Positions 1 to 7,500 of a DNA stretch of 7,792 nucleotides are shown here, piece by piece; the stretch's first letter is position 1, and each line of letters starts with the position of its first letter. Where the stretch lies: the IMG/VR virus record IMGVR_UViG_2663762810_000001. One strand, 5' to 3'. The position numbers and the translations under genes are program-made. The notes beneath the pieces are model-generated. The model was not told the DNA's origin and did no database searches. It saw nothing but the letters and a program-made list of their open reading frames with translations. The stretch is from a virus (lineage: Duplodnaviria; Heunggongvirae; Uroviricota; Caudoviricetes).

Positions 1-556
1 AGTCACCACTGCCGGAGCCTTCATAAGCAATATCAATGGCCACGGATTCGGTCGGGTTAAACTGCACGCCAGCCCCCCACGCCAGAGACGTGTTGCTGTG
101 GCGACCGTCATCACTTCCGGTCAGCACGTCGTGCGTTTTCCCCTTGTTGTCAGTTACGCGGAGATAATCCCCGGAGAAAGTCGACACACGGCTGTAAGCC
201 ATACCCGCCATCGCATACGCGCTGAACCATTCATTCACGCGCACAGACGGCCCCGCCATTACGCTGAACCAGCGGTTACGAACGGAATCTTCATGCCAGC
301 GGGTATTGCTGTAACGGGTCAGCTGGCGATTCTTGTCTCCTGCATAGCTGAATGACGTAACCAGCCCCAGCGTATCCGTAAACTCGTAGCGGTATTTCAC
401 GTTAATCCCGTTCAGATCATCGCTGCCGGGTACGTTGGTCCGGGCATGAAGATACCCCGCGCTCAGTGTGGACTGATGTTCAGACGCCCATGAAGGCGCA
501 CCGGATACGGCCAGACAGATGGCTGCGGACAAAATTGCTGCACAAACTTTACGCAT
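1..556 (-). CDS. lom: Lom outer-membrane protein (Ail/Lom/OmpX/PagC family), 3'-partial; about 20 C-terminal codons lie beyond the window start
   Basis: Minus-strand ATG at 556..554 preceded by GAGG (spacer 5 nt). My hand translation begins MRKVCAAILSAAICLAVSGAPSWASEHQSTLSAGYLHARTNVPGSDDLNGINVKYRYEFTDTLGLVTSFSYAGDKNRQL..., a signal peptide followed by near-identity to lambda Lom as I recall it. Frame stays open to position 2. Position immediately downstream of J matches lambda gene order. Not listed in the ORF track because it has no stop inside the window. Confidence 0.85.
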   Translation of the reverse strand, partial: MRKVCAAILSAAICLAVSGAPSWASEHQSTLSAGYLHARTNVPGSDDLNGINVKYRYEFTDTLGLVTSFSYAGDKNRQLTRYSNTRWHEDSVRNRWFSVMAGPSVRVNEWFSAYAMAGMAYSRVSTFSGDYLRVTDNKGKTHDVLTGSDDGRHSNTSLAWGAGVQFNPTESVAIDIAYEGSGSGD

Positions 557-580
557 AATTACCTCTCGCTTTTCTGCAAT

Positions 581-604
581 AAAAAAGGCGTCATTCCTGA
601 CGCC
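581..604 (-). terminator. Rho-independent terminator downstream of J (minus strand)
   Basis: Inverted repeat ggcgtca (587..593) / tgacgcc (598..604) with a 4-nt loop (ttcc). On the minus strand the stem is followed by TTTTTT (complement of aaaaaa at 581..586). It lies 23 nt past the J stop and upstream of the lom start. Confidence 0.6.
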
Positions 605-626
605 CTTTATTGGGGTTATAAATATT

Positions 627-3600
627 TCAACGAATACTGATGCCGGAAGCAGCCTTTTTGGTCACAATCACCGTACAGTCGGTGATATTACCTGCCCCCT
701 GATTGCCTTTCTGGAAAATCTTAAACTCCAGAGTGACGCTTCCTCTGCCACTCGGCATATCAATAACCGCACTGTAACTACCGGGAATGGCCCCTTTAGT
801 TTCTCTGGATGCGATTAATACGCCGTTTTTGCGAACTTCAAAACCATAACCTGTGTATCGCGTGCCTCCGGGGTTATTTCCGCTCCCCGGATCGTCATAC
901 GCCACACCGTTAAAAATAATGGGCGGAATAATGATTTGACGGTCAAAGTTATGATCATCGCTGATAGTGACTGTAACCGTCCCGTTTGGTGTTTCCGTGT
1001 TACCCCACGTACCAGCCTTCTTCGGGAATGATTTGGATACTGTTTTAACAAAATCGCCTCTGACCTGATTCGCCTCCAGCATGCCCTTAATCGTACAGTT
1101 CTCATTTATCTTGACGTTGTTTAGCGTCCCGGCGTTCGCATTCACACTGCCACTGATATCCGCATTTTTCGCCGTCAGTCGCCCGTCCGGTGTCAGGGAA
1201 AATGCCGGAGGATTACCGCCGCTGGTAATGGTGGGAGCCGTCAGGCGTTTCAGGAACACGTCGTTCATGAATATCTGATCGCCCTGCCCAACAAACATCG
1301 GCTTTGTGTTGCCATTCGCAGGATTAATCATCGCAATCCTGTCTGCCGCCAGCAGCACCTGACTCTGCATGCCGTCAGGGGTGTTCTCAATACCGGCACC
1401 AATACCCGCGATATAAAGGCGTCCGTCCTGCATCTGCTGCAGCTTCACAGCCCACATGCTGTTCAGGTTATTATTTGTATCAACCTGAACCTTCTGTATC
1501 TGCTGGATCGCTGCACTCTGGTCTTCCAGTTTCTTATTGACGGTCTGTGTGATTTCATTGCTGACATCCGTAATGGATGTCCTGATTTCAGCCAGGTCAG
1601 GCGCAAGCTGACCGTTATCAATCTGCGTCCACAGCTCCTGAGCCAGATGGGTTTTCCCTATCTCGCCTTTGAAAAAATCCAGATAGCCGGATGCGTCATC
1701 ACTCGGCTGACCAACAGCCTCCACGAATGCCGATTTGCCAACGGTGTTCACACTGCGAACGTAAAAATAATAATTATGGCCCGGCCTGATATTGATACTG
1801 GCGGCTATCCAGTACAGCGCCGTGCCAAGATAGCGTGCTGTGGTTTCAACCTGCCTGATATCGGTAATCCGCTTTTCCGAGAACCAGAACTCAAACTGTA
1901 CCGTCGGGTCATAAACGGCAAGATGCGGCGTGGCGGTTATCTGAAAATACCCCGGCGTCAGCTCAATCCGCGACGGTGCTACCGGTGCGGCAATCCGGAA
2001 CGATACCGACGCCGGATCGCCCTGCTGTCCCCACGCATTTACCGCCCGGACTGTCAGCGTGTACCGCCCCAGCGCCAGTTGCGTGAAGCGGTATGTGGTT
2101 TCCGTCGTCCGGGCCGTGCTGACCAGCCGCTCACTGCCGTCATCCGCTGCCACGGTCAGGCGAAGCATAAAGCTCACCCCCTTCACCACCTTCGGCGTGT
2201 CCCAGCGCGCCAGCACCTGGTATTCCCCGCTGTCTGCGGTGACTTCTGCGGTCAGGTGCTGTACTGCTGGCGGCGTGACGCCATTCACCGTGCCGCTCTG
2301 GTCGCCGTCAAAGTGCGCCCCGTTATCCACGATGGCCTCTTTTGCCGGTACATGCTGCACGGCGGTGATGGCATACGTGCCGTCGTCGTTCTCACGGATA
2401 CTCACGCAGCGGAACAGGCGCTGGCGCAGCGTCGGCAGCTTCAGTCCCCACACGCTGTATCCGGCAACGCCGTCAGGAACACGGCTCACTTTCACCTTCA
2501 CGCCGTCGGTGACGGACTGGACCTCCACGCTCACCGGATTGCCACTTCCGTCAACCAGGCTTATCAGCGTGGTGCCGGAGGATGGCAGCGTGATTTCACG
2601 GTCGAGCGTCAGCGTCCGGGTCTGGCTGTTCACCGCCAGCACGCGACCACCGGTGCTGATACCGGCATAGTCATCATCGCAGATTTCAATGACATCGCCC
2701 GGTACATGGCGAAGCCCTTCAGCACCCACGCTGAAATCCACGGTCTGCGTCTCCAGCAGTTCCGTTTTAATCAGCCACAGCCCGGCGCGGTGTGCCTGCC
2801 CCCGGCTGGTACAGCCAAAGGCATCCATCTTCGTGACATTACGACCGTAACGGGCAATGGCCTGCGTATCTTCAACAAGCTCTGTCGCCGTCTCCCAGCC
2901 GTTGTTCGGGTCAATCCAGTTCACCTCAACGGCATTATGGCGGTCCTTCAGGGCGCTGAAGCTGTAGCGGAACGGCGCGCCATCATCCGGCATCACCACA
3001 TTACTGCGGTTATAGGTCCACACCTTATCCGACGGTCGGTCCTGCACGAACGTCAGCGTCTGCCCGTTCCATACCGGCATACAGCGCATCGCCGAGCAGA
3101 AATCACTGAGCACATCCCACGCCTTTCGCTGTGTGGTCAGGTACGCATTACAGGCGATGCGCGGCTCCGTGCCGCCAAAGCCGTCCGGCACCGACTGGTC
3201 GCAATACTGGCCGATGACATACAGCGCCCATTTGTCCACATCCGCCGCACCAAGACGTTTCCCCATGCCGTAGCGCGGATGGGTCAGCATATCCCACAGA
3301 CACCATGCCATATTGTTGCTGTATGCCGGTTTAAACGTCCCGTCCCAGATACCGCTGTATTGCCGCGTCTGCGGGTTATAATTTGACGGCACCTGCAGAA
3401 TACGCCCGCGCAGATGATAATTACGGCTCACCTGCTGGCTGCCGAACTGCTCCGAGTCCACCTGCACGCCGACCAGTGCCGTGTTCGGGTAGCACTGTTT
3501 CACATCGATGATTTCAGTGTATGACGACCAGAGCGTTTTGTTCTGCAGCTGGTCTGTGGTGCTGTCCGGCGTCATCCTGCGCATCCGGATGTTGAACGGG

Positions 3601-4124
3601 CGCGGCGGCAGGTTACCCACCACCACCGAGGCCAGATACTGCGAGGTGGTTTTGCCCTTAATGGTGATGTCTTTTTCCGTCACCCAGCCACCATTACGCT
3701 GTATCTGAACCAGCAGGCGGACTTCCGACGGATTCCTGTCCCCCTTTGAGGTGGTTTCCACCAGTGCCTGCACGCCGAAGGTAAAACGCAGTCGGTCAAT
3801 GTTTGCCGACGTGATGGTCCGAGTGATCGGCGTGTCGTATTTCACTTCCGTACCCAGCACCGTCTCGGAGCCGGAGGATTCAAATCCCTCCGGCGGTGTC
3901 TGCTCCTGCTCACCGGCCCGGAACACCACCGTGACGCCGGAGATGTTGGTATTCCCCTCACTGTCCAGCACTGGCGTACTGTTCAGCAGCACGCTTTTTA
4001 ATCCATCCACCGGACCTTCAACCGGCCCTTCGCTGATGGCATCAATCACACTCAGCAGCTGCGTGGATTTCAGGTTGTCCTTCGCTTCGCGCGGGGTATG
4101 CCCCTTACTGCTGCCTTTACCCAT
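627..4124 (-). CDS. J: Tail-tip / host-specificity protein J (central tail fibre), 1165 aa, lambda-like with a divergent C-terminal region
   Basis: ORF-track protein begins [34 protein letters not shown]..., which matches the lambda gpJ N-terminus as I recall it, and similarity continues for about 1000 residues. Minus-strand GGAG lies 8 nt upstream of the ATG at 4124. It follows gene I after a 60-bp gap, the same spacing I recall for lambda. The last ~150 residues (roughly 627..1095) do not match lambda J as I remember it. Confidence 0.95.
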   Translation of the reverse strand: MGKGSSKGHTPREAKDNLKSTQLLSVIDAISEGPVEGPVDGLKSVLLNSTPVLDSEGNTNISGVTVVFRAGEQEQTPPEGFESSGSETVLGTEVKYDTPITRTITSANIDRLRFTFGVQALVETTSKGDRNPSEVRLLVQIQRNGGWVTEKDITIKGKTTSQYLASVVVGNLPPRPFNIRMRRMTPDSTTDQLQNKTLWSSYTEIIDVKQCYPNTALVGVQVDSEQFGSQQVSRNYHLRGRILQVPSNYNPQTRQYSGIWDGTFKPAYSNNMAWCLWDMLTHPRYGMGKRLGAADVDKWALYVIGQYCDQSVPDGFGGTEPRIACNAYLTTQRKAWDVLSDFCSAMRCMPVWNGQTLTFVQDRPSDKVWTYNRSNVVMPDDGAPFRYSFSALKDRHNAVEVNWIDPNNGWETATELVEDTQAIARYGRNVTKMDAFGCTSRGQAHRAGLWLIKTELLETQTVDFSVGAEGLRHVPGDVIEICDDDYAGISTGGRVLAVNSQTRTLTLDREITLPSSGTTLISLVDGSGNPVSVEVQSVTDGVKVKVSRVPDGVAGYSVWGLKLPTLRQRLFRCVSIRENDDGTYAITAVQHVPAKEAIVDNGAHFDGDQSGTVNGVTPPAVQHLTAEVTADSGEYQVLARWDTPKVVKGVSFMLRLTVAADDGSERLVSTARTTETTYRFTQLALGRYTLTVRAVNAWGQQGDPASVSFRIAAPVAPSRIELTPGYFQITATPHLAVYDPTVQFEFWFSEKRITDIRQVETTARYLGTALYWIAASINIRPGHNYYFYVRSVNTVGKSAFVEAVGQPSDDASGYLDFFKGEIGKTHLAQELWTQIDNGQLAPDLAEIRTSITDVSNEITQTVNKKLEDQSAAIQQIQKVQVDTNNNLNSMWAVKLQQMQDGRLYIAGIGAGIENTPDGMQSQVLLAADRIAMINPANGNTKPMFVGQGDQIFMNDVFLKRLTAPTITSGGNPPAFSLTPDGRLTAKNADISGSVNANAGTLNNVKINENCTIKGMLEANQVRGDFVKTVSKSFPKKAGTWGNTETPNGTVTVTISDDHNFDRQIIIPPIIFNGVAYDDPGSGNNPGGTRYTGYGFEVRKNGVLIASRETKGAIPGSYSAVIDMPSGRGSVTLEFKIFQKGNQGAGNITDCTVIVTKKAASGISIR

Positions 4125-4184
4125 TCGTCATGCTCCATAAACGATAAAACCGCCCGGAGGCGGTTTCACATAAAACGTTTTTCA

Positions 4185-6035
4185 TCAGCGACCAATCACC
4201 ACAACCTGACCACCATCACCTTCATCTGCTGTGCTGATCTCCTGAGATACCACACGTGATCCCACGCGCATTTCACCGTACAGAACGGGCAGAACATTGC
4301 CCTGGGCAACCATATTATCCAGTGAAGAAAAATAGGTGTTCTGTTTGCCGTTATCCGTTGTCTGTGTGCGGGGGGTTTTGGGTTTAGGGGCCAGCATCTG
4401 TGCAACACCGCCAAGCGTCATACTGGCACCGAGAGAAAACAGCAGATTACTCGCCATAATTCCTACCCCCGGCATCCATATAGCAACCGCCATAACAGCC
4501 GCCCCCAGCACAGCCTGAAACACACCGCCACTTTTGGCTCCTGCCAGACGCGGCACGATATGGATCACAGCACCATTTGCCAGCGGTTCATTAAGACGGG
4601 CTGATAATTCCGTTTCACCTGTATCACGCCCGGCAATGCGTACCTGATACCAGCCGTCGCTCAGCTTCTGACGAAACGCCGGGATCTGCATGGCCAGCGC
4701 CCGGATGGCTTCGGCCCCCGTTTTCACACGCAGATCGATGCGGCGGACAAATCGTTGTAAATCCCCGTAAAGGCAGATGCGTGCCATGCCTGGTGACGCC
4801 AGAGGGAGTGTGTGCGTCGCTGCCATTTGGGAGTCGATACCGGCGGTCAGGTAAGCAACACGATCAGGAACGGGCGCTGAATAATGCTCTTTCCGCTCTG
4901 CCATCACTTCAGCATCCGGACGTTCGCCGATTTTCGCTTCCCACGTCTCACCGAGCGTGGTGTTCACGAAGGTTTTACGTTTTCCCGTATCCCCTTTCGT
5001 CTTCATCCAGTCTTTGACAATCTGCACCCAGGTGGTGAACGGGCTGTACGCTGTCCAGATGTGAAAGGTCACACTGTCAGGCGGTTCAATCTCTTCACCG
5101 GATGACGAAAACCAGAGAATGCCATCACGGGTCCAGATCCCGGTCTTTTCGCAGATATAACGGGCATCAGTGAAGTCCAGCTCCTGCTGACGGATGACGC
5201 AGGCGTTATGCTCGCAGAGATAAAACACGCTGGAGGGGTCATCCGGCGTCCATTTGAGGCCAAACGGCGTCTCTTTATCGCCAAATTTAAGGTACTGCTC
5301 CTCCCCGCAGTGCGGGCAGGCAACATGAAAACGCATAAAATGCGGGGATTCACTGGCTGCACGCTCAATCTGGCATGTGCCTCTCACTTTGGGCGTGGAG
5401 CCACGGATGGACTTTGGCCAGACCGAGCCTTCAATACGCTTATCGCCCAGGAACGTCGGAGAGCCTTCCTGTTCAATATCCTCATCAAAGGCAGCAAGTT
5501 CATCATAACCCGCCACATCCACCGACTTTTCACGGTAGTTTTTTGCCGCTTTACCGCCCAGGCACCAGAAGCCACGACCATTGGAAAAACGCTTCATGGT
5601 GAGCGTGTTATCCCGGTGCTTTTTGCCATACCACGGAGCCAGCGCCAGCAGCGACGGAATATCGCGGATGGTCGGCTCAACGTGGGTTTTCATAAAGTTC
5701 TCGGCATCACCATCCGTCGGCAACCAGATAAGGGTGTTGCGCTGCTTATGCTCTATGAAGTAGGCATAAACACCCAGCAGCATTTTGGAATAACCAACAC
5801 GGGCAGACTTCACCACATTCACCTCGCGGACGTAGTCACTGCCCATCGCATTCATGATGGCCCGCTGAAAGGGCAGTGTTTCCCAGCGCCCTTCCTGGTA
5901 TGCGGATTCTTTCGGGAGATAGTAATTGGCATCCGCCCATTCAACGGCGGTCTGTGGCTCCGGCCGGAACAGTGAGCGAAGCCCGGCGCGGACAAAATGC
6001 CGCAGCCTGTTAACCTGACTGTTCGATATATTCAC
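4185..6035 (-). CDS. A::I: In-frame fusion ORF: terminase large subunit gpA residues 1-403 (A-derived part 4827..6035) joined to a full-length tail assembly protein I (213 aa, I-derived part 4185..4826); probable deletion remnant, likely non-functional as a terminase
   Basis: Residues 1-403 (MNISNSQVNRLRHFVRAGLRSLFRPEPQTAVEWADANYYLPKES...DRVAYLTAGIDSQ) match lambda gpA as I recall it, including the GTG start (complement of cac at 6033..6035) that overlaps the Nu1 3' end. Residue 404 onward (MAATHTLPLASPGMARICLYGDLQRF...SQEISTADEGDGGQVVVIGR) matches lambda gpI from its own Met to its C-terminus. The junction is the minus-strand sequence GGT ATC GAC TCC CAA | ATG GCA GCG (window 4826/4827). Total 616 aa with no internal stop. 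Confidence 0.85.
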   Translation of the reverse strand: MNISNSQVNRLRHFVRAGLRSLFRPEPQTAVEWADANYYLPKESAYQEGRWETLPFQRAIMNAMGSDYVREVNVVKSARVGYSKMLLGVYAYFIEHKQRNTLIWLPTDGDAENFMKTHVEPTIRDIPSLLALAPWYGKKHRDNTLTMKRFSNGRGFWCLGGKAAKNYREKSVDVAGYDELAAFDEDIEQEGSPTFLGDKRIEGSVWPKSIRGSTPKVRGTCQIERAASESPHFMRFHVACPHCGEEQYLKFGDKETPFGLKWTPDDPSSVFYLCEHNACVIRQQELDFTDARYICEKTGIWTRDGILWFSSSGEEIEPPDSVTFHIWTAYSPFTTWVQIVKDWMKTKGDTGKRKTFVNTTLGETWEAKIGERPDAEVMAERKEHYSAPVPDRVAYLTAGIDSQMAATHTLPLASPGMARICLYGDLQRFVRRIDLRVKTGAEAIRALAMQIPAFRQKLSDGWYQVRIAGRDTGETELSARLNEPLANGAVIHIVPRLAGAKSGGVFQAVLGAAVMAVAIWMPGVGIMASNLLFSLGASMTLGGVAQMLAPKPKTPRTQTTDNGKQNTYFSSLDNMVAQGNVLPVLYGEMRVGSRVVSQEISTADEGDGGQVVVIGR

Positions 6036-6555
6036 TCAGCAACCCCGGTATCAGTTCATCCAGCGCGGCTGCTTTGTTCATGGCTTTGATGATATCCCGT
6101 TTCAGGAAATCAACATGTCGGTTTTCCAGTTCCGGAAAACGCCGCTGCACCGACAGGGGGATCCCGTCGAGAATACTGGCAATTTCACCTGCGATCCGCG
6201 ACAGCACGAAAGTACAGAATGCGGTTTCCACCACTTCAGCGGAGTCTCTGGCATTCTTCAGTTCCTGTGCGTCGGCCTGCGCACGCGTAAGTCGATGGCG
6301 TTCGTACTCAATAGTCCCTGGCTGGAGATCTGCCTCGCGGGCCTGCCGCAGTTCTTCAACCTCCCGGCGCAGCTTTTCGTTCTCAATTTCAGCATCCCTT
6401 TCGGCATACCATTTTATAACGGCGGCAGAGTCATAAAGCACCTCATTACCCTTGCCACCGCCTCGCAGAACGGGCATTCCCTGTTCCTGCCAGTTCTGAA
6501 TGGTACGGATACTCGCACCGAAAATGTCAGCCAGCTGCTTTTTGTTGACTTCCAT
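6010..6555 (-). CDS. nu1: Terminase small subunit Nu1 (cosB-binding, wing-helix DNA-binding N-terminus), 181 aa
   Basis: ORF-track protein MEVNKKQLADIFGASIRTIQNWQEQGMPVLRGGGKGNEVLYDSAAVIKWYAERDAEIENEKL...EYIEQSG is essentially lambda gpNu1 over its full length as I recall it. The 3' end overlaps the A start by 26 nt as in lambda. It lies directly downstream of cosB. Confidence 0.95.
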   Translation of the reverse strand: MEVNKKQLADIFGASIRTIQNWQEQGMPVLRGGGKGNEVLYDSAAVIKWYAERDAEIENEKLRREVEELRQAREADLQPGTIEYERHRLTRAQADAQELKNARDSAEVVETAFCTFVLSRIAGEIASILDGIPLSVQRRFPELENRHVDFLKRDIIKAMNKAAALDELIPGLLSEYIEQSG

Positions 6556-6576
6556 TGTTCATTCCACGGCCAAAAA

Positions 6577-6775
6577 CAGAGAAAGGAAACGACAGAGGCC
6601 AAAAAGCCCGTTTTCAGCACCTGTCGTTTCCTTTCTTTTTAGGGGGTGTTTTAAATAAAAACATGAAGTTACGGCGAAGAAGAACGGAAACGCCTTAAGC
6701 CGGAAAATTTTCATAAATAGCGAAAACCCGCGAGGTCGCCGCCCCGTAACCTGTCGGATCGCCGGAAAGGACCCG
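6577..6775. other. cos: cos site (cohesive-end packaging site): cosB with Nu1-binding R1, R2, R3 elements and IHF-site region, cosN, and the expected cosQ position
   Basis: Positions 6733..6744 (aggtcgccgccc) are the complement of GGGCGGCGACCT, the 12-nt lambda cohesive end. The adjacent 6745..6757 complement reads ...CCGACAGGTTACG, the lambda right terminus. Three copies of the R-element core GGAAACG sit between cosN and Nu1: R3 about 6680..6695, R2 6621..6635 (inverted), R1 6581..6595. R1 and R2 form a perfect 15-bp inverted repeat (gaaaggaaacgacag / ctgtcgtttcctttc). The AT-rich stretch 6640..6672 corresponds to where IHF site I1 lies in lambda. cosQ is expected about 6760..6775 by position. 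Confidence 0.9.
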
Positions 6776-6780
6776 CAAAA

Positions 6781-6795
6781 TGATAATAATTATCA
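6781..6795. promoter_or_regulatory. Perfect 7-1-7 palindrome TGATAAT-A-ATTATCA, Fur-box-like; function unknown
   Basis: The sequence tgataataattatca at 6781..6795 is a perfect inverted repeat of the form tGATAATnATTATCa, which is one common description of the Fur-box half-site arrangement. It lies about 35 bp on the right-arm side of cosN and about 150 bp upstream of the 64-aa ORF. Confidence 0.3.
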
Positions 6796-6943
6796 TCTGC
6801 ATGTCACAACGTGCATCTACGCAATCAAACCACGTCAAATAATCAATTATGACGCAGATATCGTATTAATTGATCTGCATCAACTTAACGTAAAAACAAC
6901 TTCAGACAATACAAATCAGCGACACTGAATACGGGGCAACCTC

Positions 6944-7138
6944 ATGTCAACGAAGAACAAAACCCGCAGAACAACAACCCGCAACATCCGCTTTCCTAAC
7001 CAAATGATTGAACAAATTAACATCGCTCTTGAGCAAAAAGGGTCTGGGAATTTCTCAGCCTGGGTCATTGAAGCCTGCCGTCGGAGACTAACGTCAGAAA
7101 AGAGAGCATATACATCAATCCAGAGTGATGATGGATGA
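6944..7138 (+). CDS. Hypothetical 64-aa protein with ribbon-helix-helix-like pattern (possible CopG/Arc/MetJ-type DNA-binding protein)
   Basis: ORF-track protein MSTKNKTRRTTTRNIRFPNQMIEQINIALEQKGSGNFSAWVIEACRRRLTSEKRAYTSIQSDDG. A basic N-terminus is followed by a short strand-like segment (RNIRF) and two amphipathic helix-like segments (NQMIEQINIALEQKG / FSAWVIEACRRRL), as in RHH folds. A G-rich weak SD (GGGG) sits 7 nt upstream. It is transcribed in the same direction as bor, opposite to the late operon. I recall an equivalent ORF at the right end of lambda but am not certain it is annotated. Confidence 0.45.
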   Translation: MSTKNKTRRTTTRNIRFPNQMIEQINIALEQKGSGNFSAWVIEACRRRLTSEKRAYTSIQSDDG

Positions 7139-7245
7139 ACATCCCGGTTTCTTCCACCATCGCACCGGAAAAGCGACTATGAGGGTAACCCTGCGTCTGT
7201 CAGCACAGTAAAACCCGGTGTGCATCGTTTTTGATTATTCCCGCA

Positions 7246-7300
7246 CACTCACGCAGAAGGAATTCCCCGTCGGGCTACGGTCATGGTTAATGCGGGAATA
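7246..7300. repeat. 10-bp perfect inverted repeat TATTCCCGCA ... TGCGGGAATA with a 35-nt spacer, upstream of bor
   Basis: tattcccgca at 7246..7255 and tgcgggaata at 7291..7300 are exact reverse complements. The spacer contains an EcoRI-like gaattc and ccccgtcggg. Could be a protein-binding site or a stem in the bor 5' leader region. Confidence 0.35.
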
Positions 7301-7500
7301 CGGCGACGATACAGCGCAGCTAAAAGGGTAATAGACGGATAGACCGGTTTATTTCATTCCACAGGATTCTGAGTGTCCCCAACTTCCTCCAATAGTCTGA
7401 GCGTACACCTATATAGTTTTAATTTTCATCAATCCATTTAACTATCGTTTAATTGTTGTCACATAGGATTCTGCCGTTTTTAACAATGCAGGATAATAAG

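Noticed and set aside
98-818. ORFs 98..355 (+) and 519..818 (+)
   Set aside because: The first is antisense to lom. The second spans the lom start, the terminator and the J 3' end. Both are explained better by the minus-strand genes.
1647-3386. 579-aa ORF on the + strand, plus the nested 203-aa ORF at 2059..2670
   Set aside because: It lies entirely antisense to the J coding region, which has strong homology support. Its product is extremely Arg/His/Cys-rich with no recognisable domain, as expected for a chance open frame opposite a GC-rich gene.
4196-5763. Several 60-99 aa ORFs inside the A::I region on both strands
   Set aside because: Short, overlapping the homology-supported fusion ORF, lacking RBS and recognisable features.
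5208-5975. 255-aa ORF on the + strand
   Set aside because: Antisense to the well-supported A-derived part of the fusion ORF. Arg-rich, no recognisable motifs, no convincing RBS.
6074-6642. ORFs 6074..6436 (+), 6115..6642 (+) and 6414..6620 (-)
   Set aside because: They overlap Nu1 (antisense or out of frame) and the cosB R elements. Nu1 homology accounts for the region.
7456-7487. Possible sigma70 promoter for bor (TTGTCA at 7456..7461 with AT-rich -10 candidates around 7479..7487)
   Set aside because: The -10 candidates (tttaac, aacaat) are poor and the spacing is ambiguous. Not strong enough to call without transcript mapping.
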